A stretch of DNA of 64,000 nucleotides from NCBI RefSeq assembly GCF_036321535.1, contig NC_087447.1:47742001-47806000 (forward strand), given 5' to 3'. Under the pieces are notes generated by a model. That model did no database searches, was not told the DNA's origin, and was given only the letters and a program-made list of their open reading frames with translations. Position numbers and translations under genes: made by a program. Shown piece after piece: positions 39,891-54,229 of the stretch. The first letter of the stretch is position 1, and each line of letters starts with the position of its first letter. This DNA comes from Camelus dromedarius. Its lineage: Eukaryota.

Positions 39891-42399
39891 TGTCTCTGAA
39901 ATTCTCTTTTAATTAAGTGGGAAGAGAAAGATGGGGATGTGAGTGGGGCAGTCCCCAGAGAACAAGAAACAACAGCGGAGTTTTGGCTGGAGGAGTCAGT
40001 ACCAACTGGGGAGGCAGAAGGGAGGCAGAAGGGATGCAGATATACCCAGCCTTCTGAGCCTGCATTCCTGGCAGGAGACAGGGGCAGGAGGCAAGCAACT
40101 AATAGAAAGTTCTACAGAGCCAGCCTGAAGCTCAGGCTAAAGCCCTGGGCATCTTCTCCATGGAGAAGAGTCTGGTCCCCAGGAGGATTGACACTTGCTG
40201 GCACCTAACTGGTCCCTGTACTTGCTAATCAAAATGAAGGGCAAACTGATGGACGCCAAGGACTCATGAGTTTGAAACGCTCCAGCATTTATTTTCACTG
40301 TGACCAGGAAAGCCATCTTGTGGGAGATGTACCTCTGAGGAAGCTCAGTAAATGCATCAGTTTTTCCCTTTTACAGGAGATGGGGAGAGGGGAGCTGAGG
40401 TAGGGAGGAGCCTACCTAGCGCCAGGGAGGAGGGGGTCAAAGATGTGGGGACCAGGCTTGTCTCTGAAGCGAGAAAAAAGATCAGGGTTGAAAATTCCAG
40501 CAGCTCTCTCTAATTAGCATTACTGCTAATGCTTTCACATTTCAAGCAACAGTGGCTCCAAAATCTCCCAAATTTCTCTTCCCCATCAAAGCTAACTGTA
40601 TGTGTGTCTGGGAGGGCAGAAGAGGGAGAATGGAGGCATCCAAATGGCTCCCTTGAAGAGATCGTGGTGCCTGCAGAGGGGAAGAGGGGAAGGGGGGCTC
40701 CCCCACCCCCCACCCCTACTGGCCCTCTCTGAGCTGGAATTCAGCCGGCGCATCCTGGTGCTGCTGCCGGAATAAAGTGTAATGAGAAAGCCGGGCTGTG
40801 AGCAGGGAGGACCCGGGCTGTGTTCCCATGAGACTGCAGGTGTTTGTGAACATAGATAGGGTGTTAGACAGTTCTGAAGATAGGAGGCTCCTGGAAGGGC
40901 CTGTGTCAGCAAGCTTGTCAGGATCAGGATATGGTGGGCCTGGGAGGAAAATAAGGTTACTCCTCCCAGTTCCTCACACTTCCCATGGCTCCACGTGAAA
41001 GAGTATGAGGGTTAGAGGAGGGGCAGGAGCCAGAGGGCCAGCCAGCAGCCACCAGGGCAGCAGTAGGATCCCCAGTTTGGGGGAGGGGCTGGAGACAGAC
41101 AGATGGTAGGGACAAAGGAAGGCCAGGCAGCCCCTATCTGTGGGAGTCCTTGGCAATAAGGAGGCCAAATTAGAGCTGAACAGCACCCAAGAAACCACAC
41201 ATACCCACTCTGTGGAGACCACCCTATCACAGAGGCCACAAGGGCAGACAGAACCAGAGAAAGACCAGGGCTCCCTTTGCACTGCAGCTTGAAGTTGGGC
41301 TGACAGGAGATCTCACCAGGCTTCCTCCCCACCCCCAGGAGTTAGTGACCAGAAAAGAGAGCAGAGTGTGTCATTGGCATGATCCATTCCCACACCAAGC
41401 CCCTCTAATCACAATTCTAGACTGGTGGTGGAGAATTGCTACAGATTGGATAGGAGATTGAAGTTTTCAGCTGAGTTGGTCTAAGTTTAAATAATTGCAT
41501 GAGACCAGAAAGTTATAAAAACTCTACCTATGATGTTAAAAGAAAAAAAAAAAAAAGAGGAACGAGTAAAGGGAGTGATCAGGAAGAAAGAAAAAAAAAA
41601 AAAAAAAGACCCAGAACTACTTCATGTGTCTACCTCAATATGTTGAATGAAACTCCTCAACAATCATTTGTGGTAACAAAATCCCATCTCCATAGGGATG
41701 CATTCCACCTACCTGAGCAGAAGAGAGCGCCTGTGAACCAGAGCGTCTGCAAAAGTCCTGAGCTTCAGTCTGAGTGGGCCACTTTGTGTGACAAGCCCCT
41801 CTGGAACCAATCACTGTGGCTAAGAGATGGAATGTGCTGATTGGTTGAGCTGAGGTCATATGTCCACCCCTGGAGCTGGCTTCTCTTGGGACCACAGGGT
41901 TCCCAAAAGGGATGTGGGAACAGCAGGGAAGAAGGAGTGGGAGATGAATTGGGAGGAATTTTGTGTTGGGGTTTTCCCCATTCATTTCCCTGAGAATATG
42001 AATTTTCTGCCCCAAGAGTAGAAGTAGGACTGAAACTGAAATTTCAGGTGTTTTATAATTCCCAGAATAATAGCCATTGGCAATTTTAAAGATGATGTTA
42101 AATGGTGGGTTACAGTGGCAGGGCAGAATTAAACACCTGCAGTAAGAAAAAGGAGGGAATGGGAGAAAGGAGACAGGGGAGAACTCCCGGGGTCATTCAG
42201 GGGCCTGAAGCCTGGGGTGGTGGGCAGGGGCATCAAGATGAAGGGAGAATAGGAGTGGTCTGTTCCAGGTAGAAAAGTCATATGATGGGGATTTTCTGAA
42301 ATGAAATTGTGAAAGTGAAGGAAGTCACAAGAAAAGCTCTTTCTGTTTCCCATGTGAAATCATCAAAGAGTCAGTTTCTCCTGCTATAGGCTGGAATGG

Positions 42400-42682
42400 G
42401 AGACATGATGACTAAATGCAATTTAGTACCCTGGATGGGATCCTGGAACAAAAGAGGACACTGCTGGAAAAACTGGTGAGACCCAATTAAAGCCTGGAGT
42501 GTAGTTAATAGTAATTACCCATGTCAATTTCTTAGTTGTGTTAGCTGAGTCTGTCCCCTAGGAATGAAAGATGTTAACAATGGGGGAAACTGGATAAGGG
42601 GTATATGGGACCTCCCTGTACTATCTCTGCAACTTTTCCATAAATCTAAAACTATTCCAAAATAAAGTTTATTTTTAAAAAA
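42400..42682 (+). mobile_element. L1MC/MD-type 3' end
   Basis: catgatgactaaatgcaa...ctggatgggatcctggaaca...ctgtactatctctgcaacttttccataaatctaaaactattccaaaataaa. Confidence 0.88.
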
Positions 42683-45319
42683 GCCAGTTTCTCATGATGT
42701 AGATTCCCTCTCACAGTGTGGAAGAGCACTACATCTGGGATTATACATGTAAGTAACGTTCATCTGCCTCTAGGTGTTGTGGCATCACTGGTACAGTGTC
42801 AGGGGTGTGAAAAGAGCCAACTGCCAGCCATAACTCCTCCAGGATCCTGTGAGCTGGGCATGAATGGACCAGATGGAGTCTGTGTTGCACTTAGTAGAGG
42901 GCCGGGCACACAACTTGTGCCCAGGGGAGATTAGTGGTCTTCACTCCACTCTTATCTAGAGAATTTATAATGTGCCTGCCCTCTCCCCTTGGCCTCCCAC
43001 ATCCCCAGGGCCACTCCTCCCTGTGCCTGGGAGGTGAGGTGAGTTGTTCAGCTGCTTAGTGGAGCTTCTCCACTGGGCTGAGAACCCCAGCCCAGAGGCT
43101 CCCACATCTTTGGGGCAGGTTGGCTGTGCTTTACCTCCTGCCATGTTTGTGGACAAGTGAGATGACTCTGTGCTGGGTTATGACCTGATGAATTTCATTT
43201 AATCCTTATATCAGCCTGGAAGGGTAGGGAATCACTGTCCCCATTTTAAAGATGGGGAAACGGAGGCTGCAGAGGCTGGTATTTAATTTCTCTCAGAGCA
43301 GCCTCCTGGGGCAGATAAGATGAACAGCACCAATAACTCTGGGGCCAGGTGAGCTGATAAGCAGAAAAAAACTGGGAAAACATGGAGAGGAAAGGTCACC
43401 TCTGTGTCCCACAGTCAGTAGACTTTGGAGCCAGGAAGGTTTCCAGTGAGAAGGGGATGAAGAGAGCATCCAAGAAGAGGAAACAGTGAGATGGAACACC
43501 TAGAAATCTGGCAGTTCACAGGCCATGCATCTGGGTGGGCTGAAGCCCAGGATCCAAGCAGAGAGTGGGTTGAAACCAAAGCAGAGGGACTGGTGGGAGC
43601 CCACAGCACTCTTTACATCCCACTCCACAGGCCCTATTTCCCCTTCCAGGTATGCCCTGAGGCCAGCATTAGCTTTCCATCATTAATAGCTAAGGACTGC
43701 CCACTCCAAGGCCTCTTTGTTTCTGTTGGAATAAGGTCCCTGCTGGGGTCTTTATGGGTCAGTGCTGGGAGGACTCAAAGCAGTTCATGGGTGGGAGAAA
43801 CGATTCACTATCTATTTTGTGCCAAGCCCCAGAGAGGGCCTTGGGGATCAAGATGACTCAATCCCCTTTCCCTAGAGCACTCAGGCTATGGAGTATGCTG
43901 GCTGCTGTGCACAGTGTGGTCAGCTAGTCCATGAGAAACAGGGCTCAGTACTTCTGATGCCCAGAGGAGGCTCACAGCCTCTGAGGGGAGGGGATGGCAG
44001 GGTAGCCAACATGACCAACAGTCCCAGTGGGAAGGAGAACCCCAGGGTCTATTCTGGCTGCCTCTACAGGAGGCAATCAGATCCAGGAAGCGGCAGGCCC
44101 AGCAGGGTGAACCAGGCCTCTGTACCTGGGCAGCCCTCTTCCGGCAGAGGGCGATGTCTGGGCACAGCCCAATTGTGACGCTGGGCAGGGGCTTGTCTCC
44201 CAGCAGATGTGGTGACCTTTTGCTATTTCAGATGACCTTTAGAGCCCACACATTAGGTGTGATGCTGTGAACTGGCCATTTGCCAGGTGTCTGGAACCAG
44301 ACCAATCCAGTGACTAACTGCCTCTCATCTCACATGCTGGGGCTCGTGACACCAAAGTGCTGTACTCTCTTAAGTGTTCTGGCTACCTCTCCAAGGAAGT
44401 GCAAAGTGTAAAGTCTTCTGGGCCTATAGCCCAAGCCAAAAAACATGTATTTCTGCAGAGCTTCAGGAAAAGGGACACCTCTGTGATGGTAGGAACGCAG
44501 GCTGTGTGCTTGTGTGCCTGGAGATGCAGCCATTATTTGGGGGCTTTTCTGCAAGCAAGCATTCTTTCTATTCTTGTGAGATGAGTAGGAAGGGGTCAAG
44601 ATAATTTCCTGTTGGAGGCAACCCCATGATTTTGGGAAAGAAGGGCCTAGAGAGGCCCAGAAGCTTATTGGACATTGAGTACTGGACAGTGGGGTAGGAG
44701 TCCCAGGAGCTCTCAGGGTCTCAGAGGAGATGTAGAAGGAAAGACCATGAGGCTGGATACAGGGTGGATTCTGCCATGGGAACGCAATCCCCAAGATTAT
44801 TGCTATAAGTGGGGAGGTATTTGGGAGCACCTATGGACAGGGGGACTGCTTGGGCCCTGCCCTGACTCTGTGGGGATCACTGGATCCTGGATCATCAGAG
44901 CCAGAGAGGCTACAGAGCCCGTGGCATCCAATCCATTACGCTAAAGGGAAGACCAAGGCCCAGAGGAGAAAAGGGCATGTCCTAAGTCACTTGGTGTGTC
45001 AGGGAAGGGTCCAGCCTCAAACCCAGGGTCCTGCCTCCCAGCCAGAGCATTTCCCACCCAAACCCAGGAAAGTCAAACTCAGCAGGAAGTGCTCTATCTG
45101 GGGCTGAGGAAAGGAAAGGGCCCCTAGAGAGAACGTTTGGTGCCCCTGCCTTATTTCTCAGATAATGAGTGGGTGTCAGAGAGGGCCAGGGACTTGCCCA
45201 AGGTCAGGCAGCCAGTGAACAGCAAAACCCACCCACTAGACCCAGGTGTCCTTACCTCCAGCCCAGGACATGTCACTGCACCACTATCTCCCAAGGAGAG
45301 GAAAGGGCGAGGAAAAATG

Positions 45320-45530
45320 AGCTAACATTTACTGAGCCTCTGTTATGTACTGGGTCCTTGACACATATTCTTTCCAATGCCCACAATGGAGGCAGGCATT
45401 CTTGACCATGTTTAACAAATCAGAGAATATAGGTTCAGAGAGGCAAAGCCACTTGCCCAAGGCCACACAGCTGGTAGATGGTAGTGCAGAACCTCAAGCC
45501 TAGATCTGTTTACTTTCAAAGCTAGTGCTC
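45320..45530 (-). mobile_element. MIR SINE
   Basis: gctaacatttactgagcc...aggttcagagaggcaaagccacttgcccaaggccacacagctggta. Confidence 0.82.
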
Positions 45531-45715
45531 TCTTGTCCTTACCCAGGCTAGATTGTGTTTGGGACCCAGGGCTGACAATGCAAGGAAGTAAGGGGAGGGG
45601 GAATCCAGGGGCCAACTCCAGGCACTGCCCAGGCTCCTAGCCGCCAGGTTTTACCAGTGACAAAGATCAACAGAAATGACCTTGGGACAGTACGACCCCA
45701 TCTCCTGCTGACAGG

Positions 45716-45717
45716 TT

Positions 45718-45761
<44 letters not shown>

Positions 45762-45762
45762 T
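45716..45762. repeat. (TTTC)n microsatellite
   Basis: Direct reading; explains the SFFL and KKER repeats in the ORF track. Confidence 0.95.
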
Positions 45763-46159
45763 GTATTGATCCATACCCTGCAAAAAAGCCACGTAAAACA
45801 ACAGAGCTGATAGCATGGCTTCTGGTGGTGCTGAGGTACTCAGCACCAAGTGGCTTCTGGCCAAGGCACCACTGACCTCAGAAGCTCAGGTTCTTAGATT
45901 GATTTAGGAACTTAGACTCTCTCAAAACCCTATCACAGAGGGGCTTTCAATCCACCCTACCAGGAGAGGAATCTTCCTCACAGACTTCCCAACTGGGCTC
46001 ATCTAACCTAAACCCTCATTGCCTATATCTAGAAGCTGCTTCTCCTGCAATAGGACTGCCTTTCTCATGCTGGGCTTAGACCAGCCTCCTAGGACATCCC
46101 CATAGTCTCCTTTGGGGCCCCAAATCAGCTACCCTATGGCCCTGAGTGGCCCTTTTAAG

Positions 46160-46400
46160 CTGGGAGAACAGTGACTGCATCCTCTCTGCTCTGGGCGTTG
46201 AACTTCCTGGGCAGGGGCATCAATGCTGAAGCCATTGTTGAGAAATGGGCACAGAGCTACAGAGAAGAGCTGGTTGGTCACCTCCCACATTCTATGCTTT
46301 ATGCCTCTGCTAATGCAGCCAGACATCAAATCCAAATTTGTGCTGGTCATGTTCCACTGTGTTCCTCTCATCTCAGACCCCAAGCCTTTTTAAATTTGAT
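46160..46400 (-). mobile_element. CR1/L3 ORF2 remnant
   Basis: Minus-strand translation MSGCISRGIKHRMWEVTNQLFSVALCPFL...APAQEVQR resembles the CR1 ORF2 C-terminal motif LGCIxRxxxSRxxEVIxPLYSALVRPHL. Confidence 0.65.
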
Positions 46401-49169
46401 CCAAGTACAAAGTCTTTTTTAAAAAATTTCTATCTTGTAAATTCATAGTGGTACAGTGCTTTACAGTTTACAGTTTACATACAGCTGCTTCACATACATA
46501 ATCTCCTTTCACAGGGCAGTTTACGGACCCTACAGAGATGGGTGATGTGAAGTGTCCCCTGGGGAGCCTGATCATGGCAGGGGTCCTAGCAACAGCTGCT
46601 GAGATGACCATGAGCATTAGGCAGGCAGGATCCTATGCTTTGAGAAGCAATAGATACAAGACCATGAGAGCTCAGAGAAAGGGAAATAGTGTACGGCCCA
46701 CATGAGAGTCCAGAAGGGTTTCAGAGGGCTACCCTAGAGGCAGCTCAAAGCCTCAGGCAGGAGCAAGCCTCAGGGCAAATAAGATTGGGAGCCTGCAGGA
46801 GAGGAGAATGAGTGGGGACTGTCTGGTTTAGGTGGCATTCTTCCTGAGGCAAAGGGTGGGCTAGATGCTTCTGAAGGTCCCTCCACCAGCACTTGGATTT
46901 CCTCAAATGAGTATTACCAACCCTCCTTCCTTCTCAGGACTAGAGGTCTCCAGAGGGGCTCCCTAGCCAGGAATCTTCATCAAACCTGGCCCAATGGTCT
47001 ATCCTGAGTGCCCTTAGTTGGCTTGAGGAGAGAAAACATGCCCCTGCCCTCTTGGGGCTCCCATCTGGTTGGGGAGGTGGGCTTTCTCATTTTGTGTGAG
47101 GTCATCCAAGCAGGCGGATTCCAGGAAGGCTGATGGTGGAAATTCAGGCACAAGTAACAAGCCTGTGGGCATCACTCTGGACCTGGACTGGGATCCCAGT
47201 CTCTGGGCCTAGGATGAGTTGTTTGGGAGCTGGGTCTGGCTGCAGATCAGAAAGCAGGGCCCACCCCAGCCCAGGGGCCAGGCCCGTGGGTGGGTCCAAG
47301 CTAAACCTCCACACAAGGGTCCATTGTGGTTGCTCAGCCTGGCCCTGAATAATGCCAGCCCTTCCGGCTCCTGGAAAATGCTTTCCGTCTGGCAGCTCCT
47401 GGAGCGGCCTGTCCTTGGCCAAGGCACCAGGCCCACACCCAGGCCTCTCTTGCCCATTGGGGAGCTTGGACTCCAGCAGCTCAAAGCTGTTGGGTCCAGC
47501 CTCTATTTCACAGCCAGTTTCCCTGAAGCTCACATGTGGGCAAGGGCCAGAACAACACCCCAGGACCAGAACCCAGCACTCTGGCCTTTTTTTCAGCTCT
47601 CATTGTCCACAGGAGGCAGTAGGGTTTAGATTCAGAGAGGGGAAGGGGCTGTCCCATTACACAGCTGACTGTGGCAGAGTCTGGGTGAAATGACTGTACC
47701 CAGGTGGCTGCTTGCCCAATCTAGTCCTCTCAGGAGATCTGGGCTCACTAGGTTCAGCTGTGTCGTTTTGCAAGGATCACTGTTCATCTGCATATAGGGG
47801 TTAGGAGGATCCCCACTGTCAATCCAGCCCTGACATCCTGAGCTTTTAAATCAGGCGTGGCTGCACTGGATGGGATGAGAAGCAGCTCTGGAATCGGAGG
47901 GTTTGACAACCCTGCACCATCTCTGCTTGCCGGACTGCACCAGGGCCAGAGGCTCTGGGGCCCCCGAGGCTTCCAGGTCTTGCCTGGGCTGACAGCGCCA
48001 CCTGGGGCCCAATCGGTGGACATGAATCCCACTGGGGATGCTACCGCCAGCCTTCGGTTATTGAAGGACCTCTGTGCTGCTGCCCTTGGTAGGTGCTGGG
48101 ATGAAGAAGGGATTCTGGTCCCAGACATGGGGGAGGAAGCCCGCTAAGAGTGACCACTGGGGATGAAGGGCTGCAACAGCAGAAAGTCCGGGATGGAGGA
48201 GGAACTCAGTACCACAGGGCCATGGAGGAGAGCAATTACCATCATCCCAACCCTCATTGCCTCTCCTCTGGGCCAGGTCCTGGGGACCCTCAGGAGTCAG
48301 TTATGCCCTAATGGAGAGGAAGGAGGAAGAGGTGGGACCCCAGGGATAGACATTTGGAGCTGAGTCTTGGAGAATAATAGTAATTTTCCTTGTGAATAAA
48401 GGTTATCCTAGACTCAGGGAACAGCCTGTGCAAAGGCACGGAGGAGTGAGCTTGTGTGTGTAAGCTTGAGGGTGACAGGACTGAGGGGGAAGAGGAAGTG
48501 CCAGGATGTGAGGCCAGGAAGGTCACGGCCCAGGGGACCTGTGGCCATCACAGCTTCCCCACAATTTCCTTCCCCCTACTCTCACCTTCTGCTTTGACCC
48601 CTGATGCTGGCAGGTACAGAGCCCCTGCCTCAACCCCCATCCCTCTGAGTCAGGGTACCCAGCATCAGAGGTCCTGATTCCTGGAGCCTCCCCTTTCCCT
48701 CAAGGCCAGGGGTTAGGTCAAACTACACACAGACTGATCTTAGGAGACTTAATCATGTGACCTCACTGGCCTCCAGGGAGCCCAGGTGCCATCCTTGGAT
48801 CAGGAGAAGGATCTCTAAGCAGTTACTGAACTCTGGTCTCAGGTTCCTCTACTCTAAAACGGGCGTAATCATAGTGCCCACTTCATGGGGACATGGTGAG
48901 GATTAAATGAGAAAATACATATAGTCACTCATTAGCATGTTGCTAACATGGGTTGATATCAGAAAGAGGATTTTTCCCATTGCCCATCCCTCTGGGTACA
49001 TCCCTTCCAGAAAGGGAAGTTGGAGGGCTTCAGACTTGGCCGTCTGGTCTGCCAATCCCCCAAGCTCGGGTCTCTTTCTATTTCCCTAAGCCCAGAGAGG
49101 ATCTACAGTGGGTGTGCCCAGCAGGGCTATTTGTTTATTGTGTTTCTCTCCATGCTTTTCTTAAAATAA

Positions 49170-52100
49170 AAATATTCAAAATCAAAGGGAAAAAAAGAGT
49201 ACAATGAACATCCGTGTGCTCCTCTAGATTCAGCAATTAATGATTTGCCTTATTTGCCTCATTATTTTCTCTTTTTAAAAAATAGAACCATCTGAAAGTA
49301 AGTTGCAGATACCATGACACTAGATGACACCCATGCCTAGGCATGCAGCTCCTGAGATTAAGAACATTTTCCTGTATAGCCATAATTACAATTCTAAGAA
49401 AAGGATGAATAATTCCATACTGTCACCTAATACCTAGTTCAAATTCATATTTCTCCCAATTTCCCCCAAATGTATTTTACAGTTATTTTAGGGGAAGGCT
49501 GGGGAGGGATGCCATCCTTGTTCACAGGATCCCATCAATGTTCACTCGTATTTGGCTGTTGGTCTCTTCATTCTCTTTAAAACCAGAATAGGTTCATTAC
49601 TTTTTTCTCCCCCAAATAGGAAAAATTATAAAAGAAAATAGTCTGTAATCTGACCACCTTGAGCTATCCACTGTTGGCATTTTGGTATATTTCCTTCCAA
49701 TTAAAAAACATTGAGTGTGTATGCATTTTAAAAATAATCTCTCTATTGAGATAAATTCACATATCATTTAATTCACTCATTTAAAAGTATACAATTCAAT
49801 GGCGTTTAGTATACTCACAGTATACATAATCGTCACTACACTCAACTTTAAAACATTCTATCACCTTAAAAAAAAAGAAGTGCTATGCACTTTAGTGATC
49901 ACCCTGCAGCCCTAAGCAAACATATTTAATTTTTGTCTCTACCGATTTGTCTATTCTGGACATTTCATATAAATGGAATGGTATAATATGTGCTATTTTA
50001 TTACTTTTTTAATGCAGTATAATATATTCAAAGTTCATCTATATTGTGATATGTATCAGTACTTCATTTCTTTTTATGGCCAAGTAATATGCATCGTGTG
50101 GATATACCACATTTTGTTTATCCATCCTTCAGTTGACGGACATTTGGGTTCTTTCTACATTTTGGCTATTATGAATAATATTGCTATAAACATTTGTGTT
50201 CAAGTTTTGTGTAGACATACATTTTAATTTCTTCTGGGCAGATAACTAGGAGTGAAATTGCTAAGTCATATGGTAACTCTATATTTAACTAAGGAACTGC
50301 TAAGCCTTTTTTCAAAGTAATTGGCACCATTTCACATTTCAACCAGCAATCTATGACATATATACGTGTCATTTTTCATGTTATGGTTGTTCCACTGGGG
50401 AGAGAGTCTGCAGGGCTCCTCACGCCATCATTCCAGAAGTTGTCCACCAGCTCATGACTTTTTATTGCTGAGTAATATTTCATTGTATGTACGTGCCACA
50501 ATTTGTTTATCCACTTATCCATTGATGAACATTTGGGTTGTTTCCAGTTTGAGGGCTATTAAAAACAAAGGGGCTTTGATTATTCGTGTACAAGTCTTTG
50601 GACATATGCTTTCGTTTCTCTTGAGTAAATACCAATGGCTGGATTATATAGTAAGCTTATATTTGACTTTTTAAGAAATTGCTAAATTGTTTTCCGAAGT
50701 AGTTGTACCATATTACATTCCTACCAACAGTGTATGAGAGTTCTAGCTGCTCCATATCCTCACCACACTTGATATGATCAGTCTTAAATTTTAGCCATTC
50801 TAATAGGTGTTTAGTGGTATCTTATTGTAGTTTTAATTTGCATTTCCCTAATGACTAATAATGTATTTGAGCATCTTGCATCTATGTTAATGAGAGATAG
50901 TAGTCTGTGGTTTCTTTTCTTGTAATGTCTTTGTCTGATTTTGGTATTAGTGTAACTCTGGCTTCATAGAATGAGTTAGGAAGTATTCCCTCTGCTTCTA
51001 GCCTCTGAAAGACTTTGTAGAGAATTGGTATAATTTCTTCTTAAATGTTTAATAGAATTTACAAATGAACCCTTCGGAGCCTGGTGCTTTCTGTTTTGAA
51101 AGGTTATTAATTTTTGATTCAATTTGTTTAATAGATATAGGGCTATTCAAATTGTCTATTTCTTTTTGTATGCAAATTGTGTCTTTCAATTTAGGCTATC
51201 AGATTTGTGGTCATAACTGTTCATGATATTCCTTTATTACGCTTTTAGTGTCTATAGGATTTGTAATGTTGTCCCCTCTTTCATTTCTGGTATCAGTAAT
51301 TTATATCCTCTCTCTTTTTTTCCCATGGTTAGCCTGTCTAGTGTTATATCAATTTTATCAGTCTTTTCAAAGTACCAGCTTTGGAGTCATTGATTTTTCT
51401 CTGTTGATTTTCTGTTTTCAATTTCATCTCTAAATCTTATTATTTTTTTTACTATGCTTCCTTTGGATTTAATTTGCTCTCCCCCCCCCCCAGTTTCCTG
51501 GAGTGAAACAGATTATTGATTTCAGATCTTTCTTCCTTTCTATTATATGCATTCAATGCTATAAATTTCCCTCTAAGCAATTCTTTCACTGCATGCCATA
51601 AATTTTGATGTTCTGTTTTCATTTTTATTTAGTTCAAAATATTTTAAAAATTTCTCTTGAGATTTCTTCTTTGACCCATGCGTTGTTTAGAAGTGTCTTA
51701 TTTAATTTCTGTGTACATGGGGATTTTTCAATTATGTTTCTGTTATTGATTTCTAGTTTAATTTTATTGTGGTCTGAGGACAAACATTGTATGATTTCTA
51801 TTATTTTAAATTTGCTACGGTGTGTTTTATGGGCCACAATGTGTCTATCTTGGTGAATGTTCCATGTGAGCTTGAAAAGAAGGTATATTCTGCTGTTGTT
51901 GGATGAAATAGTCTATAGACATCAATTATATCCAGTTGATTGAAGGTGTTGTTAAGTTCAACTATGTCCTTACTGATTTTCTGCCTGCTGGATCTGTCCA
52001 TTTCTGAAGGAGTGTTGAAGCCTCCAGCTATGACAGAGGATTGATCTATTTCTCTCTGTACTTGTACTAATTTTTGCCTTTTGAACATCTTTCCACGTGC

Positions 52101-52740
52101 TTATTTGCCATCCACACACCTTCTTAGTGAAGTATCTTACTGAAGTATCTTAGTGTTCATATCTTTTGCCCAATTTTTATTGGGTGGTTTGTCTTCTTAT
52201 TACTGAGTTTTCAAAGTTCTTTATTTTTTAAATAGTTTTGTTTTACTTTGTTTTGTTTGTTTTTTGTCTTTTGTAGTTCTGAATACAACTCCCTTTTTGG
52301 ACAGTGACTTGCAATAGTTTTTCCTGGCCAATGGCTTGTCTTTTCATTCTCCTATCAGTACCTTTCAAAGAGCAGAAATTGTCAGTTTTGATTAAGTCCA
52401 ATTTATCAATATTTTTCTTTTACAGATCATGTTTCTGGTATTGTATCTATGAACCCTTTGCCTATTCAAGGTCAGAAAGATTCTGTTTCTTTGGTGCTCC
52501 TTCTTTCCAATTTTTGGTTCACATTGTATGTATGGTTTTATGTGTTGAATTTTTTCCCAAAAACTTAAAAATTTTTTTTTAATCTATGGGAAATTTTAAA
52601 GAGTAGTACCATGCACACCCATGTATACTTCATCTACAGTGCCTCAACTGTTAACATTTTGCCACATTTGCTTTATCTCCATGGATAGCTTTTCCCCCCA
52701 GAAATGTTTGACAATGAGTTGCTAAATTTTGTAACACTCA
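49170..52740 (-). mobile_element. Nested cluster of antisense L1 fragments including an ORF2 endonuclease-region piece
   Basis: ORFs 51801..52088 (IAGGFNTP...DIIDVYRLFHPTTAEYTFFSSSHGTFTKID) and 51634..51837 (SDHNKIKLEIN) are frameshifted L1 ORF2 endonuclease motifs. L1 3' UTR pieces lie at ~49740-50350 and ~50455-50877. Confidence 0.93.
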
Positions 52741-54229
52741 TTTTTTGCAAAGTCTAGGCAAGCTGTCCTGGAAATATTCTTTAAAAAGTAGCAACAGCCA
52801 CGTGTGTCATTTACTACAGGCACAAAGGCAGCATTTGCCCAGTGTGGAGGACTTGAAAAAACAGGAGTACAGAAGAAAATAAAACTGCCTCCTCCCTATG
52901 ATCCTAGGGAGGCCATTTGTCTGAAAGGTGGGTGGGGAGGACACACAGGTCTCAGAAGCAAATCCCTGATTCCCACTGCAGCCCCCAGTCCTGGGGCCAC
53001 TTCCTACAGAAGAGCCCTCTCCTGGGAGACCCTGATCTCCCTATGTGACCTTGAGTCAGTTCAGCGCTCTCTGGGCGAGCCAGTAAAAACAGATACGGTG
53101 GCTGTTTGGCCTCCCTGCCAGGAGACTATTTGTATCTTTACACAGTAACTTCCTATTGTGAGAAAGCTAGGTGCCTCTCCCTCCAAGACCCAACCCTATT
53201 CCTCCTGTCCTTTAACCCTTCCCTCTTGCTCGCGACTCATATCCCAGCTGCTTTTGCCTGCAATGTCAGCCTCCTCCTCAACCAACCCTTCATCCTTCAA
53301 GGTCCAGCTAAGTGTCTCTCCCCTCAGACCTCCGCCTACATCATCCCATGCTTAGAGTCAACCTTGCATCTATCTGTTTCCTTGCAGCAAGTTACTTACC
53401 TGCTGTGGGCCAGGCCTGTGCCAGAGGCGCCTTCACACTACTCTCTCACTCAATGCTCATGACAGCCCTCAAGAGAGGTTATCACGGCCATTTCACAGAT
53501 TAGGAAACTCATTCTCAGCTCATTGGGCAAGGTCAATCACCCTGAATTAGGGCAGAGCCAGGCTTGCTCAGGCCGCCGTCTCTGCCTATAGAGGTATTAG
53601 AGCTGTTGTCTGCAACCCCAGCGGTCTGTGTGCAGAGGTCAGGCCTATGTCTGATGTATCTGGGATCTGCACTCTACCCTCTCCCCCATCTCCATGACTC
53701 TGAATCTGCCTCTTGCTTCAAAGTCTGTCTAGCTGTGGAGTTGCCTTCTCCATGAAGCTTTCCCTGATTTTTACTGAAAATGATATTCCCCTCTGGATAC
53801 CCCTACACTCTAAAATCAGTGGCCTAATTCTTCTGCCTTTTCCATCCCCACTTAGACCTCACCTCCAAGTGCCTGAGATTCTGCATATGGACGTTTAATC
53901 AGCTTCATTAAATACATTTTTAATATTTTATTTTAATTTCTTTGCATTATTTCTCTTTATAACATTTACTGATTTTCTTTTATCTTCTTTTATATTTTTC
54001 CCATCAAAGTATGTTCAAATTGTCAAAAATTTAGGAAAGAATAAAAATCATGCAAAATTGTCCACACATAAACCAAACTAACATTCTGGTAGATTATTTT
54101 TTAGCCTGACTTCTGTAGACATACATATTTTATAGAGTTGAGGTCACACTGTATAAACAGTTCTAAAGTCTACTTTAAAAAAAATCTAACATTACACCAA
54201 GAACATTTTCATGTCATTAAAAATTATAT

